Source: Patiriisocius sp. (GTDB taxonomy: Bacteria > Patescibacteriota > Minisyncoccia > Phycocordibacterales > UBA918). Taken from it: a stretch of DNA of 52,749 bases. The position numbers were made by a program, and so were the translations under genes. Numbering within the stretch: position 1 is the first letter of the stretch; every line of letters begins with the position of its first letter. The stretch covers positions 1 through 52,749 of the forward strand of contig JBLHQB010000002.1 in assembly GCA_047624725.1 (NCBI GenBank), read 5' to 3'. Shown piece after piece: positions 26,512 to 36,721 of this stretch. Below the pieces are notes generated by a model that was not told where the DNA came from, did not search any database, and saw only the letters and a program-made list of their open reading frames with translations.

Positions 26512-27660
26512 TTAATACAGGAGGGAGGTTTGTTGGGTCATGTGTTCGACTGTTCTGTTTTGCACTTCAGCATAGAGCGCGTCTGAGAATGTCTCTGCTA
26601 ATTTCTTATCGGTGATGATGTTGTGTACCGCGTCACGTAATGCTGGGGTGTTGTCTGGTTGCACAAGAAGCCCCGTTTGTCCGTTTGTGATGATGTCAGT
26701 AACACCACCTACGTTGGTGGCCACTGCAGGTACTTTCGCCATGCCCGCTTCAAGAAGTACATACCCGTATGCCTCAGAGCGTGAGGGGAGTACGAAGGTG
26801 TCAAATGCTGGTATGAATCGTGCTGCTTCAGGGAGCGCTCCGGTAAAGAAAATATGTGCATCCATGCCCAGGTCGGCTACCTGCTGGCGTAGTGCTTCTT
26901 CACATTGTCCGCTCCCAATAATAATGTAGCGAACATTAGGGACATCGCGAGAAAGTGAAGCTACCGCGTCGATGGCTCTGTTGAGCTGTTTTACAGGGTG
27001 TAACTCAGCAATAGTTCCAATCCAAATATCGGTATGATACTCGGAAAGAGAAACAACACTATTAATAACTTTTGTTTCAAGGATGCCGCGAGCTTCTTGC
27101 TTTGATTTCAAATCAGGAATGGTGCGCCCAGGATTGATCACTGACATTTTATGGTGTGTCCCTAGCCAGTCCATTTGTGTATGTATCGCACGAGATACGG
27201 CGATGGTGTGATGCGCAAATATAACCGTTAGCCAGTGGATGGTTTTAAGCATTATTTTTGCATAGGCAGGCCGATCTTCGTTGAATGACCATCCGTGTGC
27301 AGTGAAGAGTATACGAGGTACAAAAAGTATGCGCCCAAGCAGTGATCCTATAGCTCCCGCCTTGGAGCTGTTTACATGTAGTACGTCTGGTTTTTCTTTC
27401 CGGATGATGTTCGCAATAGAGAAGGTTGCACTGAGTTCCTTACGTAGTGATATGTCGCGTGTAAGGCCGGGGATCGAAATGGTGCGAATGCCAGCTTGGT
27501 GCAGTTTATGTACAAGTTCACCTTCTTGCCCAACGGCAACTACAGGTTCGTAGATCTCGAGATCAAGATTGGTAGCTAGGTCAAAGACATACCGCTGGGC
27601 TCCACCCCAATTCGATTTTGTTATTAAAAATAGTATTTTTTTGGTGGGTTTTGTTTTCAT
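26512..27660 (-). CDS. Glycosyltransferase family 4 (GT-B fold)
   Basis: ILFLITKSNWGGAQRY at the N-terminus and the EAYGYVLLEAGMAKVPAVATNVGG (EX7E-like) motif. I prefer the ATG at 27660 over the TTG at 27684. Confidence 0.85.
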   Translation of the reverse strand: MKTKPTKKILFLITKSNWGGAQRYVFDLATNLDLEIYEPVVAVGQEGELVHKLHQAGIRTISIPGLTRDISLRKELSATFSIANIIRKEKPDVLHVNSSKAGAIGSLLGRILFVPRILFTAHGWSFNEDRPAYAKIMLKTIHWLTVIFAHHTIAVSRAIHTQMDWLGTHHKMSVINPGRTIPDLKSKQEARGILETKVINSVVSLSEYHTDIWIGTIAELHPVKQLNRAIDAVASLSRDVPNVRYIIIGSGQCEEALRQQVADLGMDAHIFFTGALPEAARFIPAFDTFVLPSRSEAYGYVLLEAGMAKVPAVATNVGGVTDIITNGQTGLLVQPDNTPALRDAVHNIITDKKLAETFSDALYAEVQNRTVEHMTQQTSLLY

Positions 27661-27675
27661 AGTGATGTATCTTTG

Positions 27676-27810
27676 GTCCAGCAATTTTCCCTAGGACGGG
27701 AAAAATTGTGCCAGCATCCCAGGGGTATTTCCATTTTTATAATCGACTGTGGTCTCATTAACAATTAGGGCAAATTCAATATAGTCATTACATTCCTTAT
27801 TTCATTCATT
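27676..27810 (-). repeat. Modular intergenic repeat family: L + M + stem copy (no H)
   Basis: The reverse complement aligns along its whole length with 13942-14053 plus 14121-14143. The stem is CAATTTTTCCC/GGGAAAATTG. The element ends 15 nt upstream of the GT4 start codon. Confidence 0.85.
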
Positions 27811-27944
27811 TTTCTTAGTCTGATTTTTCATAGCGGTGTAGTAAATATAACTATACTACGGTTGATAAAGTAATACTAAGGGTTGCCTATTTTCAGGCAT
27901 TCTGTAGGATACAGACACACGAATAACACAAATATACTGTATAT

Positions 27945-29336
27945 ATGGGAGAACGTACTAGAGAATTACTAATATTGGCAGCAGGCGACATGATTTGTTT
28001 CATCGTGTCGTTGTATTTGATGTTGGGGATTCGGTACCTAAGTATCCCAAGTGCTGAGCTGTTGGGGCAACATATCGGCCCCTTCTTGTTCCTGACTGGC
28101 GTTTGGCTCTTCGTTTTCTATATCGCTGGATTGTACGACAAGCATACGGTCTTTCTGAAGAACCTGTTGTTTAGTCGGATTCTCAACACACAGGCTGCGA
28201 ATATGCTTATTGCGTCACTGCTTTTCTTTATCATTCCATTTGGTATTGCACCGAAAACTAATCTGGTGATTTACTTAGCAATCTCTGTTGTGCTTATTAC
28301 TGTATGGCGATTAAACGTATTTAATTATATTTCTCCCAAGAACCGACATAAGGCAATCTTAATCGCGGATAGTGATGAAGCGATTGAGCTTGTTGATGAA
28401 GTAAATAATAACGATCGATATAATTATTCTTTTGTACGGATTATTGATAGTAAAGCCGCGCTTGATGCTGAAGATTTTGAAAAGAAACTACTGCGTCTTA
28501 TTACTAAAGAGGGGATTAGTATTATTGTGGCAAACCCGAAGGACAGACAGATGGAGAAGATTATGCCAACAGTTTTCGATCTGGCTTTCCTTAAGTTTGA
28601 ATTTACCTTCCTTGATTTCTATAAGGTATACGAGGACACATTTGATCGGGTACCACTTTCAGCGCTTCAGTATGATTGGTTTATTCAACACGTTTCTCAA
28701 ACCAAGAGTCTGGTGTATGACACGGCAAAGCGAATTTTCGATATTACGGGAAGTGTGGTTCTCTTGGCTGTCTTAGGGGTGTTGATGCCGTTTGTGGTGC
28801 TGGCAATGCGTATTGAAGGGGAGGGTTCTGTATTCATTACACAGGATAGAATTGGTAAGCATAATAAACCGGTAAGGGTGTATAAAATTCGTACGATGAC
28901 CAGTAACGACATGGGGAGTCAGACTTGGTTGCAGGAAGATAAGAAGAAGGAAAATATGATCACTAAGGTTGGTGCATTTTTACGCAAGACAAGTATTGAT
29001 GAACTTCCGCAGTGTATAAATATTTTCAAAGGGGAGATGTCTCTGATTGGCCCACGTAATGATATTGTTGGACTAGGAAACCGGCTTGCAGAAGAAATTC
29101 CCTATTACAACATTCGTAATTTTGTAACTCCTGGAGTAACAGGATGGGCGCAGACACATCAGCACTACATGGGTGACAATATCAGCCCGCAGTCGCTCGA
29201 GGAGTCACAGACACGTTTGGCGTACGACTTGTACTATGTGAAGAACCGTTCGGTGTTGCTTGATATAGAAATTGCATTGCGAACTATGAAGACGCTCCTT
29301 TCACGCTTTGGCGTTAAGATTAAACTTCCGCGCTAG
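27945..29336 (+). CDS. Polyprenyl-phosphate glycosyl-1-phosphate transferase (bacterial sugar transferase, WbaP/EpsB-like)
   Basis: N-terminal TM bundle and a C-terminal [13 protein letters not shown]...[23 protein letters not shown]...[21 protein letters not shown]. Confidence 0.88.
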   Translation: MGERTRELLILAAGDMICFIVSLYLMLGIRYLSIPSAELLGQHIGPFLFLTGVWLFVFYIAGLYDKHTVFLKNLLFSRILNTQAANMLIASLLFFIIPFGIAPKTNLVIYLAISVVLITVWRLNVFNYISPKNRHKAILIADSDEAIELVDEVNNNDRYNYSFVRIIDSKAALDAEDFEKKLLRLITKEGISIIVANPKDRQMEKIMPTVFDLAFLKFEFTFLDFYKVYEDTFDRVPLSALQYDWFIQHVSQTKSLVYDTAKRIFDITGSVVLLAVLGVLMPFVVLAMRIEGEGSVFITQDRIGKHNKPVRVYKIRTMTSNDMGSQTWLQEDKKKENMITKVGAFLRKTSIDELPQCINIFKGEMSLIGPRNDIVGLGNRLAEEIPYYNIRNFVTPGVTGWAQTHQHYMGDNISPQSLEESQTRLAYDLYYVKNRSVLLDIEIALRTMKTLLSRFGVKIKLPR

Positions 29337-29434
29337 ATGTATACAAAACAACGGATGCTCTGCATCCGTTGTTTTGTATTTGTAACCACTTCTGCATTGG
29401 TGCTGTTATATCTGATATACTGAGCACCATAATT

Positions 29435-30532
29435 ATGAATACTATGAGTACACAAGAAGGAAAAACAATTTTTCTGGTTGGAGTTGGATACGTGGGGGAG
29501 ATGCTGTGTGATCAATTCTCCAAACGAGATGATGTTAAGGAGATTATTGCACTGGATAAAGAGCCCCAAGGGGAGTGGTGTGCCACTATTCCTAAGGTAA
29601 CGTATATTCAACACAATATGGCGGATGACGGGTGGCAAGAAATTGTTGCACGTCATAACCCTGACGCCGTGATTCATACTGCATGGCAGATTCGAGCGAT
29701 GTACGGCCAGGCTAATGAACAGTGGCGGTGGAATGTTGATGGTTCTGACAAGGTGTTTGAATTCGCATTCACACAGCCTTCAGTGAAGAAACTCATGTAC
29801 TTTTCAACTGCTTCTTCGTATTCTGCACGAAATGATAATCGATTCGAGCACCTCTTTACTGAAGAAGAAGGTTTCCGTGACGATGATTACATCTATGCAA
29901 AAGAAAAGAAGGTTACTGAAGAGAACTTGCAGGCGATGTATGAAACTATGAAGTCTGATGGTAAGACCATGCCACAAGTTTCAATCGTGCGTCCGGCTGC
30001 AGTTACAGGCCCCCGAGGACGGTACATGCGAATCCGATTTGGTCTCCAGTCAGCTCTTTCGGGGAATCTTAAAGGTGGCTTTATTAACAAGGTCATTACA
30101 ACACTTACTTCGTTTGTGCCGGCAACCAAAGGATGGGTGCGTCAGTTTATCCATGAGGACGATGTGAGCGATATCGTTGCACAGTTTACCTTCGAGGATA
30201 TGGATTGGGACTACAACGTATTTAATATTACTCCAGTAAGTGACGCGGTATACGCAAAGGATATGGCTAACGCGGTAGGGAAGAAAATTTTGCCAATCAA
30301 GCCGTTCATGGCACGTTTTGCATTCTTCTTCTTTTGGCATGCAACACGAGGACGTATTCCTACCTGTCCTGGCTCTTGGCGGTTCTATTCATACCCCGTA
30401 GTAATGAGCGGAGAGAAGCTTAAGAAGGTGTATCAGTGCAAGCATGCAAGTACCGATGCATTTAAGTACACCGATGGCCGCTATGAAGATTGGGTACCGC
30501 AGGATCAAAAGAATCCAAAACAAACAACGTAG
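29435..30532 (+). CDS. NAD-dependent epimerase/dehydratase family protein
   Basis: Rossmann motif FLVGVGYVGEML and the general SDR extended-family layout. The TTG at 29369 lies inside the upstream terminator hairpin, so an ATG at 29435 or 29444 is preferred. Confidence 0.7.
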   Translation: MNTMSTQEGKTIFLVGVGYVGEMLCDQFSKRDDVKEIIALDKEPQGEWCATIPKVTYIQHNMADDGWQEIVARHNPDAVIHTAWQIRAMYGQANEQWRWNVDGSDKVFEFAFTQPSVKKLMYFSTASSYSARNDNRFEHLFTEEEGFRDDDYIYAKEKKVTEENLQAMYETMKSDGKTMPQVSIVRPAAVTGPRGRYMRIRFGLQSALSGNLKGGFINKVITTLTSFVPATKGWVRQFIHEDDVSDIVAQFTFEDMDWDYNVFNITPVSDAVYAKDMANAVGKKILPIKPFMARFAFFFFWHATRGRIPTCPGSWRFYSYPVVMSGEKLKKVYQCKHASTDAFKYTDGRYEDWVPQDQKNPKQTT

Positions 30533-30665
30533 CAACAATAAAACCGCCACTATGGCGGTTTTTGTGTGCCCCTACGTGATCACAACGCGCATGCTTAGTA
30601 AGAACCACCTAAAGACCCCAAATGGGAGCCATTTGGGGTCTTTAGGTGCCTTTATATATCCGTAA

Positions 30666-31214
30666 CTACGTACCTGCAGGGGTAAAAGCTTGGTTGTAGT
30701 CTGCATTATCGAGATTAAGGTTTGAGCCCGAACAGGTGTCCTTGCGATATGCTCCGCCAGATTCTCCGTGATTGAAACCAAAAGTGACACCTGTGGGGTA
30801 GGTGTTCGCTGCATTATCGCAGATACTTCCATCGATCATGTGTTGCGGATCGTATGCATAAAAGTAGAGAGCACCTGCATCAGGAGTTGCTCCTGCCCCA
30901 CCATCGTGCTTAGGGTCACTCGGTGCTGCAATGTATGGAGCCAACGCAGTGTCGATTTCGTTACCGACGCCAATCATTTGCCCAGTTAAGGGAATTCCAT
31001 CGGTAGCTCCTGGGTACCTACCGTGGTCGGAATAAAAAATCTCTAGGGCTTGTCGAATTTTGACCATGTCTGAGTGCCGAATTGCATCAAATGCTTTGTC
31101 TCGTGCGCTACTAAGACTCGCGAGGGTCACTGAGGAAAGAACACCAATGATTGATATGACAACCAACAGTTCAATGAGCGTAAATCCTCTGGTTGATGGT
31201 TTTGGATTAGTCAT
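30666..31214 (-). CDS. Type IV pilin / pseudopilin
   Basis: Class III signal peptide and N-methylation site KPSTRG|FTLIELLVVISIIGVL. Confidence 0.88.
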   Translation of the reverse strand: MTNPKPSTRGFTLIELLVVISIIGVLSSVTLASLSSARDKAFDAIRHSDMVKIRQALEIFYSDHGRYPGATDGIPLTGQMIGVGNEIDTALAPYIAAPSDPKHDGGAGATPDAGALYFYAYDPQHMIDGSICDNAANTYPTGVTFGFNHGESGGAYRKDTCSGSNLNLDNADYNQAFTPAGT

Positions 31215-31464
31215 TGCGGTTACTTACACTTGGATCATAGTAATACTTATCATCAACTTTTTCGGTTTGGGTATGGATAGCGAAAGTAGCAGTAATAAGC
31301 ACTAGGCTTACGATGATTATAATCATAGACACATTATTGGCAGTCTTTTCATCTTTGGCCCAGCCAATTTTGATTAATAATGCAACCAATGCACTCGGGG
31401 CAGACTGCGCATATCGGTTCATCCCCTTTGGTGCTGATTGATTCACATCAAATTCAATTTTCAT
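31207..31464 (-). CDS. Hypothetical small membrane protein overlapping the pilin start by 8 nt
   Basis: 85 aa with one TM helix (SMIIIIVSLVLITATFAI). The overlap suggests translational coupling. Confidence 0.45.
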   Translation of the reverse strand: MKIEFDVNQSAPKGMNRYAQSAPSALVALLIKIGWAKDEKTANNVSMIIIIVSLVLITATFAIHTQTEKVDDKYYYDPSVSNRND

Positions 31465-31595
31465 ATATAGAGTATACAGGACTCTTATTAGATATTTATC
31501 TATATTTTATTCAAACATCTATTAAATTCTGTATCCGGCATTACTGCATGTTAGAAAATAACCTCACAGGGGTTATTTTCTGCTATACTGCGCGC

Positions 31596-32387
31596 ATGAT
31601 TATTGACGGGAAAGGTATTGCTCAGGATATATACCGTGAACTGCAGAACACGGTTACCCACATGGATGTCGCGCCACATCTTACGGTCTTTACCTGTGCA
31701 CCGAACTTCGAAACACAGAAGTACCTCCAGCTGAAAAAACGGAAGGCTACACAAGTCGGTATCGGGGTAAATATTATTGAGCTGCCACAGACGCTGACTA
31801 CAGAAGAGATCGTACAGTCGGTAACACACGCATGCATGCAGACTGATGGAATTATTGTGCAGTTGCCGTTGCCTGCACACATTGATACCGAAGCAGTGCT
31901 CGCGGCGATCCCTGTGCCATACGACGTGGACGGTATGCACTACGATGGAACTGCAGACACGTGTATGTCACCGGTAGTTGCGGCTATTTCTGAAATAACT
32001 GAACGCCATGATGTGTTGTTTGCAGCGCAAAAGGTGGTGGTGCTTGGACACGGGAAGTTAGTAGGGGAGCCAGCCGCGTTGTGGGCACAAACACAAGGAG
32101 GTCAGGTAGTCGTGCTGACCAAAGACTCAAAAGACACCGAAGCTGAAATCGCATCAGCAAATATTTTAATACTAGGAGCCGGAGCACCAGGGTTTGTAAA
32201 ACCTGAAATGATTAAAGAAGGCGTCGTGATTTTTGACGCAGGTACTTCTGAAGACGGAGGAGAGCTCGTAGGAGACGCACATCCAGATTGCGCGAAGAAG
32301 GCATCGTTGATGACACCGGTACCTAAAGGGATTGGGCCGATTACCATTGCGATGTTGCTGCGGAATTTGATTTCGTTGGCGAAGTAG
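31596..32387 (+). CDS. folD: Bifunctional methylenetetrahydrofolate dehydrogenase/cyclohydrolase
   Basis: MIIDGKGIAQDI..., QLPLP, VVVLGHGKLVGEP and PVPKGIGPITIAMLLRN. The ATG at 31596 follows TATACT-N6. Confidence 0.85.
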   Translation: MIIDGKGIAQDIYRELQNTVTHMDVAPHLTVFTCAPNFETQKYLQLKKRKATQVGIGVNIIELPQTLTTEEIVQSVTHACMQTDGIIVQLPLPAHIDTEAVLAAIPVPYDVDGMHYDGTADTCMSPVVAAISEITERHDVLFAAQKVVVLGHGKLVGEPAALWAQTQGGQVVVLTKDSKDTEAEIASANILILGAGAPGFVKPEMIKEGVVIFDAGTSEDGGELVGDAHPDCAKKASLMTPVPKGIGPITIAMLLRNLISLAK

Positions 32388-32515
32388 GACGTTCGTCATT
32401 CGTGGACTAAGTCAGTTTAAGAAATACAGCGCCCTACTTATATATAGAAAACACCACACAAGATGTGTGGTGGTAGGGTGGAAGCGTATTCTCCCACCCG
32501 CGATTTCAATACGGT

Positions 32516-32803
32516 CTATTCAGCGTTCGAGAACATCATTTCCCCATCTCTTTTCTCAGTGTTGTATTCCACAAAGATGAAGTTGAATGGACCAACTACC
32601 TGAGGCACAAAGATTCTCATTGTTGCTCCTACCAGATTACCTCCGAGTTTGTAGTTAGGGCCGTGGCAAGTTAAGAAACTAAAATTAAGAATCGTAAGAT
32701 CAACCTCCATCGGACGCTCATCAGTAAAAATGGTGAATGTCGCGGTTGCCCCTAAGTTTCGAGCCAGGAAAGCTTGCTCCAGATCCCGTTGCCCAGGACA
32801 CAT
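32516..32803 (-). CDS. Hypothetical protein (start/frame uncertain)
   Basis: 95-aa ORF. A perfect SD (AAGGAGGtctttATG) instead serves an out-of-frame ATG at 32831. See findings. Confidence 0.35.
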   Translation of the reverse strand: MCPGQRDLEQAFLARNLGATATFTIFTDERPMEVDLTILNFSFLTCHGPNYKLGGNLVGATMRIFVPQVVGPFNFIFVEYNTEKRDGEMMFSNAE

Positions 32804-33061
32804 TGGTAATGTGTAGGGTAGGATTAGTCATAAAGACCTCCTTGGTTTAAGAACATGCACACTAAGCATAAAGAATAGTATGGGTCGTCAGTGCATCTGA
32901 TGACTATAGCTACAATACATGTTTTTATAAAAAGGTCTACCAATGGAGGTCTATTTTAAGGTGGTTGGCCTACACACATTATGAAATGCACGACAGATTA
33001 TTACTTTTTCCAGAGTGCAACAAAGCCCCAGAAATGATATAACTGTAGCCATAAGAGAAAT

Positions 33062-34477
33062 ATGTCAGATATCAATACACAGAAAGAGGAAGGAGGGAGT
33101 GAAGGGTTTATTCGTAAGTTTCATGCGGTAGCGGTGTTGATCGCTGTTATCGCGGTTGGGTTTTTTGTATATAGTAATACGGTGAATGAGGATTCGAAGT
33201 ACCCGTTTAAGCTAGGGCTTGATTTGGCGGGCGGGTCACACTTGGTCTACGAGGCTGATGTAAGTAAGATCGCACCTACTGAGGTTGCTGATTTGATGAA
33301 CGTACTGCGCGACGTGATCGAGCGACGAGTAAACGTCTTTGGTGTTTCCGAGCCGATTGTGCAGGTGGAGCGAAGTAGCTTTGTTTCTGAGGTTACTGTC
33401 GAGCGATTGGTTGTAGAGCTTCCGGGAGTTACTGATGTTTCTACTGCGGTAGAAGAAATCGGGAAGACTCCACTCTTGGAGTTTAAGCTTATTGACCAAA
33501 ACGCAATTGCGGAACAGCAAGCATCAAGTTCTGCTGCATCGGGTACTGATCCGACAGTATTCCCTGAAGACTTCGCTCCGTTTATTGATACAGGACTTAC
33601 CGGACGTTACTTGGCAAGTGCGGCACTTGAGTTCGCACAAGGGCAGGGAGGTCAGCTTTCAAACGAACCAATAATCTCAATTGTGTTTAACGCTGAAGGA
33701 GCTGACTTGTTTGAAACAATCACCCGAGACAACGTAGGGGAAAATCTTGCGATCTTCCTTGATGGCGAGATGATCTCATCACCGCGCCTTAACGAAGTGA
33801 TTGTCGGAGGACGTGCAATCATCTCAGGAGGATTTGATGCAGAAGAGGCCCGAACCTTGGCGCAGAACCTTAACTTTGGTGCGCTACCGGTTCCTATTGA
33901 ACTAGCCAGCACACAGACCGTTGGCGCATCACTCGGAGAAGAAGTGCTTAACAAAGGTGTGAAGGCTGGAGTGCTTGGTCTATCATTGGTTATTCTCTTC
34001 ATGATGTTCTGGTACCGTCTTCCGGGATTGGTTGCAGGAGTATCCCTCATTGGATACGTCGCAATCATGCTCGCACTATTCAAGGTTATCCCGGTGACGC
34101 TGACCGCGGCAGGACTTGCAGGGTTAGTACTCTCACTCGGTATGGCAGTAGACGCGAACGTGTTGGTATTTGAACGAATGAAGGAAGAGTATCGAAAAGG
34201 GAAGAACAGTAACCAAGCAGCACGTATCGGATTCGCAAGAGCATGGAGCGCGATTCGAGACGGTAACGTTACGAGTATTCTCTCAGCAATTATCCTGTTC
34301 TGGTTCGGAACGTCGATTGTAAAAGGATTCGCACTTGTGTTTGGTGTTGGAGTAATTATGTCTATGATCTCTGCGTTACTGATCACACGAACATTGCTGC
34401 TTGCACTACCGACGACAAAGCTTTCAGAGGGTTCTCTGCTAAGTAAATTATTCAACTCAGGAGTAATGAACAAATAA
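33062..34477 (+). CDS. secD: Protein translocase subunit SecD
   Basis: GLDLAGGSHLVYEA, a periplasmic domain and a C-terminal 6-TM RND-like bundle (LTAAGLAGLVLSLGMAVDANVLVFERMKEE). Confidence 0.93.
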   Translation: MSDINTQKEEGGSEGFIRKFHAVAVLIAVIAVGFFVYSNTVNEDSKYPFKLGLDLAGGSHLVYEADVSKIAPTEVADLMNVLRDVIERRVNVFGVSEPIVQVERSSFVSEVTVERLVVELPGVTDVSTAVEEIGKTPLLEFKLIDQNAIAEQQASSSAASGTDPTVFPEDFAPFIDTGLTGRYLASAALEFAQGQGGQLSNEPIISIVFNAEGADLFETITRDNVGENLAIFLDGEMISSPRLNEVIVGGRAIISGGFDAEEARTLAQNLNFGALPVPIELASTQTVGASLGEEVLNKGVKAGVLGLSLVILFMMFWYRLPGLVAGVSLIGYVAIMLALFKVIPVTLTAAGLAGLVLSLGMAVDANVLVFERMKEEYRKGKNSNQAARIGFARAWSAIRDGNVTSILSAIILFWFGTSIVKGFALVFGVGVIMSMISALLITRTLLLALPTTKLSEGSLLSKLFNSGVMNK

Positions 34478-34478
34478 T

Positions 34479-35468
34479 ATGTTTTTTGTAACCCATAGAA
34501 AAATATTTCTCACTATCGCCGCAGTACTTGTTCTTGGTTCTGGTTTAATTATTGGTACGCTTGGACTGAATCCTGGTATCGACTTTGTCGGAGGAGCCTT
34601 AACGGAAGTATCATACGCAGAACGGCCTGATAAGACGGAAGTTTCAGAAAAACTGGATGTACTTGGACTTGGCGCATACTCACTTCGAGAAACACTTGAT
34701 GAAGAGGGGCGAGACGGATATATCTTACGAACTCGTGATCTTAGTGAAGACGAGCGAGTGTCGGTAGACACAGAAGTCACCTCAGTAGGGTCAGACGCAA
34801 CAGTTACGCGATTTACATCTATCGGTCCTGTAATCGGACAAGAGCTTAAGGATAAGGCTCTATGGGCGATTGTAGCCGTTAGTTTGATCATCATTCTCTA
34901 CGTCGCATTCGCATTCCGCGGAGTATCATATCCAGTAGGATCATGGGCATATGGAGGAATCACTATTCTTGCATTGCTTCACGATGTGCTGGTCCCATCA
35001 GCAGTGATGGCACTACTTGGATACTTCTTAGGTATTGAGGCGGACGTGCTGTTTGTAATGGCACTCTTAGCGGTACTCGGGTACTCGGTAAACGACACGA
35101 TTGTGGTGTTTGACCGGGTGCGAGAAAACCTTGTGAAGTTCCGACAGGAGAAGAAAGTGATGGTGGTTAGTACCGATGGACTCGAACGAGAAGAAATTGA
35201 ATACATCCTCACCAAGCCGTTCGAGAACATCGTCGGTCAATCAGTTACACAAACATTGATGCGTTCAATCAACACGTCAGTAACAACACTCGTTGCATTG
35301 CTCGCTTTGTATTTTGTTGGTGGGGAGGTGACGCAGACGTTCTCACTGGTGCTTATTGCAGGAGTTATTGCAGGTACGTACTCATCAATCTGTATCGCGA
35401 ACCCATTGTTGGTGATGGTTGCAGAGCGGAAGCTTAAAGATAACAAGGAGACTAAAGTTGGCGAATAG
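34479..35468 (+). CDS. secF: Protein translocase subunit SecF
   Basis: GIDFVGG, and LAVLGYSVNDTIVVFDRVREN. It starts 1 nt after the secD stop. Confidence 0.93.
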   Translation: MFFVTHRKIFLTIAAVLVLGSGLIIGTLGLNPGIDFVGGALTEVSYAERPDKTEVSEKLDVLGLGAYSLRETLDEEGRDGYILRTRDLSEDERVSVDTEVTSVGSDATVTRFTSIGPVIGQELKDKALWAIVAVSLIIILYVAFAFRGVSYPVGSWAYGGITILALLHDVLVPSAVMALLGYFLGIEADVLFVMALLAVLGYSVNDTIVVFDRVRENLVKFRQEKKVMVVSTDGLEREEIEYILTKPFENIVGQSVTQTLMRSINTSVTTLVALLALYFVGGEVTQTFSLVLIAGVIAGTYSSICIANPLLVMVAERKLKDNKETKVGE

Positions 35469-35554
35469 AGAAGTGCAACGGTCAGAATCTGCCCAAGGGC
35501 AGAGCAGACTCTGACATAAGTAAATTATGGGCGCTGCGCTTCTTAATTTACTTA

Positions 35555-35608
35555 ACTATTATGAATTTATGTCCCGATTTGTCCCTTGCCTAGGGCAAAT
35601 CGCTGGAC
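35555..35608 (+). repeat. Modular intergenic repeat family: L-tail + short stem copy
   Basis: ACTATTATGAATTTATGTCCCGATTTGTCCCTTGCCTAGGGCAAATCGCTGGAC. It ends 33 nt before the next start codon. Confidence 0.8.
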
Positions 35609-35641
35609 GAAGGAAGTTTAATTTATAGCCAAACATTATTT

Positions 35642-36187
35642 ATGGTAATAGGAATCGCGGGTTCATTTGGAGCAGGTAAGGGGGCGGTTGTTGATTACCT
35701 TATTTCTAAAAAAAAGTTTAAACACTATTCCGCAAGTGGTTTTATTACTGAAGAAATCGAGCGCCAAGGTCTGCCTGTTGATAGAGATTCTATGACTATT
35801 GTCGCTAACGATTTACGTAAAGCACATGGCCCAAGCTACATCATAGAATCTCTTTACCAGAGAGCACTAGAAAATGGCGGGAATGTAGTGATTGAAAGTC
35901 TCCGTGCTGTTGCTGAGGTTCGGATGATTAAAGAGCTGGGAGGAGTCGTCTTAGGTGTAGATGCTGACGCACAAATACGGTACGACCGGTCCCAAGTGCG
36001 TGGAAGTATTAAGGATGGAGTTTCATTTGAGAAATGGGCAGCACAAGAAAAAGAAGAGTCCAATCCTGAAGATCCTACAAAGCAAAATATCTTCGGAGCA
36101 CTCGCCGAAGCTGATTATGTAGTAACGAATAATGATTCGTTTGAAAATCTCCATACCCAAATAGAAGACGTCCTACAAAAGATATAA
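35642..36187 (+). CDS. P-loop nucleotide kinase-like protein (CoaE / dNMP-kinase fold)
   Basis: Walker A GIAGSFGAGKG in a ~180-aa single-domain layout. The substrate is not assignable. Confidence 0.5.
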   Translation: MVIGIAGSFGAGKGAVVDYLISKKKFKHYSASGFITEEIERQGLPVDRDSMTIVANDLRKAHGPSYIIESLYQRALENGGNVVIESLRAVAEVRMIKELGGVVLGVDADAQIRYDRSQVRGSIKDGVSFEKWAAQEKEESNPEDPTKQNIFGALAEADYVVTNNDSFENLHTQIEDVLQKI

Positions 36188-36219
36188 ATAAAACAGCAGA
36201 CTCTACCAAGACAGGCCAC

Positions 36220-36257
36220 AAAAAATCTATGTATCATATATGATACATAGATTTTTT
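36220..36257. terminator. 26-bp perfect palindrome flanked by A6/T6 (bidirectional terminator; palindrome copy 1)
   Basis: AAAAAA-TCTATGTATCATATATGATACATAGA-TTTTTT between convergent genes. Confidence 0.8.
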
Positions 36258-36271
36258 AATGTTGTGGTTAA

Positions 36272-36673
36272 TTATTTCTTGGATTTGAGGGAAAATAGCT
36301 CTTCTACTAATGAGAAAAGTAGGAAGTGACTTGGATATGCACGCTTGAGGTGTTTGTAGGTCAGTGGTTGCAAAGGAGTGAATGTGCTTGGTGTAGGGGA
36401 CTCTTTTGGCAAATGAGCTGAATTGTAAGTAGTGAATTCTGTTTCTAGCCAGCGTTTTATCTGGGTGAATGTGTTTGGGCTGACGCTGAGGTGGTTGTTT
36501 ATTTCGTAGCGTGTCTTTCCTTCTAGAATTGCTTGCGCGATTAGTATGCGCCGGCCGAGCATTATCTTTTCTTTTGTGGTCAGTAGATTAACTAGCGATG
36601 ATTCACTTGTGTTTGTGTTGGCCTGATTGAAGGCTTTTAGGGCCAGTGTGTTGCTGTCTTTTGGCGTGGTCAT
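36272..36673 (-). CDS. TrpR-like (YerC/YecD family) DNA-binding protein
   Basis: LLTTKEKIMLGRRILIAQAILEGKTRYEINNHLSVSPNTFTQIKRWLE follows the Trp-repressor-family pattern: LLT..E...L..R..I...L..G.sY.eI....g.S..Ti.R...L. Confidence 0.6.
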   Translation of the reverse strand: MTTPKDSNTLALKAFNQANTNTSESSLVNLLTTKEKIMLGRRILIAQAILEGKTRYEINNHLSVSPNTFTQIKRWLETEFTTYNSAHLPKESPTPSTFTPLQPLTYKHLKRAYPSHFLLFSLVEELFSLKSKK

Positions 36674-36700
36674 CTATGTATCATATATGATACATAGATG
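36671..36700. promoter_or_regulatory. 30-bp perfect palindrome overlapping the TrpR-like start codon (palindrome copy 2; candidate operator / translational hairpin)
   Basis: CATCTATGTATCATATATGATACATAGATG. The leftmost CAT is the complement of the ATG of 36272..36673. There is no flanking T-run. Confidence 0.6.
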
Positions 36701-36721
36701 TGTCCTAGGTGGGTTTAATAT

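Noticed and set aside
33652-34894. Long minus-strand ORFs 33652..34473 and 34457..34894
   Set aside because: They are antisense to secD and secF, which carry unmistakable Sec motifs. The antisense products are Ser/Thr/Pro/Ala low-complexity.
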